DNA of 64,000 nucleotides from Adineta vaga (taxonomy: Eukaryota > Animalia > Rotifera), in the NCBI GenBank assembly GCA_021613535.1, contig CP075494.1, positions 10,354,001 through 10,418,000 of the forward strand, written 5' to 3'. Positions 62,816-64,000 of the stretch are shown one piece after another. The notes beneath the pieces were generated by a model. The model saw only the letters and a list, made by a program, of their open reading frames with translations, was not told where the DNA came from and made no database searches. Position 1 is the stretch's first letter, and every line of letters starts with the position of its first letter. The translations under genes were made by a program, and so were the position numbers.

Positions 62816-63801
62816 ATGTCATCGAAATCAGATCATAAACAAGAACTCTCTCTAACAGCATCAGTTTCACAACAAATGGCTCGACAATTAGAAGCAGCTG
62901 CCGAATGTAAGTACTCAAATTTCATTGATCAGCACGGACAAATTAGCAATATGAGATTATCTTTTGAAATATGCACTAAAAATCCATGTTATTAGTTATT
63001 TGGAAATTCTGTCAAAAATAATCATGAATTATATGTTTTTCGAGGTTGAGCTAATAGACTGTTGTTCTGTAATATCTCAATATTGATTCAAGTTTTTTCT
63101 GCTTTTTTTCTCTTGAAGAAACGACAACAGAAGTACTTAATTTTCTTCTTTGTTCTTTGTTTTTAGCTGATGAAGAAGAAATTCCTGTCAATGCTTCTGC
63201 TTTAAGCCTTGGTGTTCGTGCACAAAAGAAACTTCTCAGGTATTTCTTTCGTCTTGTTTCAATTAAGTTTTGACATCGAGTCTATTTTTTGTATAGTAAA
63301 TTATCCTCAAAATCAGTCGCAAAAATCTTCATTGATGAAACAAGTGGTCGAATTTTAGATACTATTCATAAATTAGCTCGAAATTATTCGGGTAAACGTG
63401 ATGCAGATAAATTATTGAAATCGATTATAAAAACTATTGTAAAAATGGGTATTTTATATAAAAATGATTTATTTACTGATCATGAATTGAAATTAATCGA
63501 TGAATTTCGTAATCGTTTTCATTCGTTAGCAAAATCGATTATAACATTATATGAAGTTGATTTTAAATTCGATCGATCCGTTCTTACACGTATGTGTAAA
63601 GAATGTCAAGATTTAACACATAAAATTATCTCAACACATTTAACACCCAAATCACATGCACGCATTGATTTCGTCTATAATTATGTATCAAATTTAGATT
63701 TTCTTGAATTTTCATTCAATCCAAATTCAACAGTCAATCGTGCAATGATTAAAGAAATTGTTGAAGATATGCAGTCATTGATGGATGCTGGTTTTCTTTA
63801 A
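62816..63801 (+). CDS. TNFAIP8: TNFAIP8/TIPE family protein (sigmar-like), 3 exons
   Basis: 'LGVRAQKKLL|SKLSSKSVAKIFIDETSGRILD', 'IIKTIVKMGILY', 'YEVDFKFD', 'HLTPKSHARIDFVY'. Confidence 0.93.
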
Positions 63802-63920
63802 GTTTTCAAACAATGTTTATCAGACAATGACTATTCTTTGTATTTATCACAAATGCTTTACTTTTTCGTTTTCATTTTTTATTTTGAAAAATAATAAAAC
63901 ATATACATATAAATATATTA

Positions 63921-63997
63921 CTATCTGACCGAAGACGATGATGTTGATGATGATAGACGTTTAAGAATACTTGCTAATGCAATTAAATCACGAAAAT
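63921..63997 (-). CDS. Probable terminal exon of a convergent gene that continues beyond the window
   Basis: TAG acceptor followed by an open frame FRDLIALASILKRLSSSTSSSSVR*. Confidence 0.35.
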
Positions 63998-64000
63998 CTA

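Overview
AT-rich, gene-dense eukaryotic (metazoan) DNA with many short GT-AG introns, mostly about 45-65 nt. The composition, intron size, orphan class-A GPCRs, one-LRR-per-exon genes and intronless genes of microbial appearance suggest a bdelloid rotifer (Adineta/Rotaria-like); this is inference. About 30 genes were reconstructed by manual splicing. Conserved genes include GLMP, AAR2, ALKBH7, C1orf131/FSAF1, a TIS11-like CCCH protein, an SLC6 monoamine transporter, an Ariadne RBR ligase, TTC23, a WD40 protein, a GT10 fucosyltransferase, LRRC61, MED13 and TNFAIP8. Five results are poorly visible in the ORF track. (1) An 11-exon gene (17695-20140, minus) encodes signal peptide + 9 Notch-like EGF repeats + a complete Hedgehog-type Hog domain (Hint + sterol-recognition region), a candidate self-cleaving, sterol-tagged EGF ligand with a natural D46H-type active site. 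(2) FSAF1-ALKBH7-AAR2 lie head-to-tail with 30 and 33 nt spacers holding unpaired splice acceptors, a candidate trans-spliced operon. (3) An F-box-LRR gene is built from fifteen exact 84-nt phase-0 exons. (4) Two paralogous neuropeptide precursors share an amidated peptide I cannot assign, TIP(L/I)ELQKALYAHGIV-NH2. (5) Two tandem intronless protoglobin-like genes are probably horizontally acquired. No rRNA, tRNA, CRISPR array or intact transposon was recognised.
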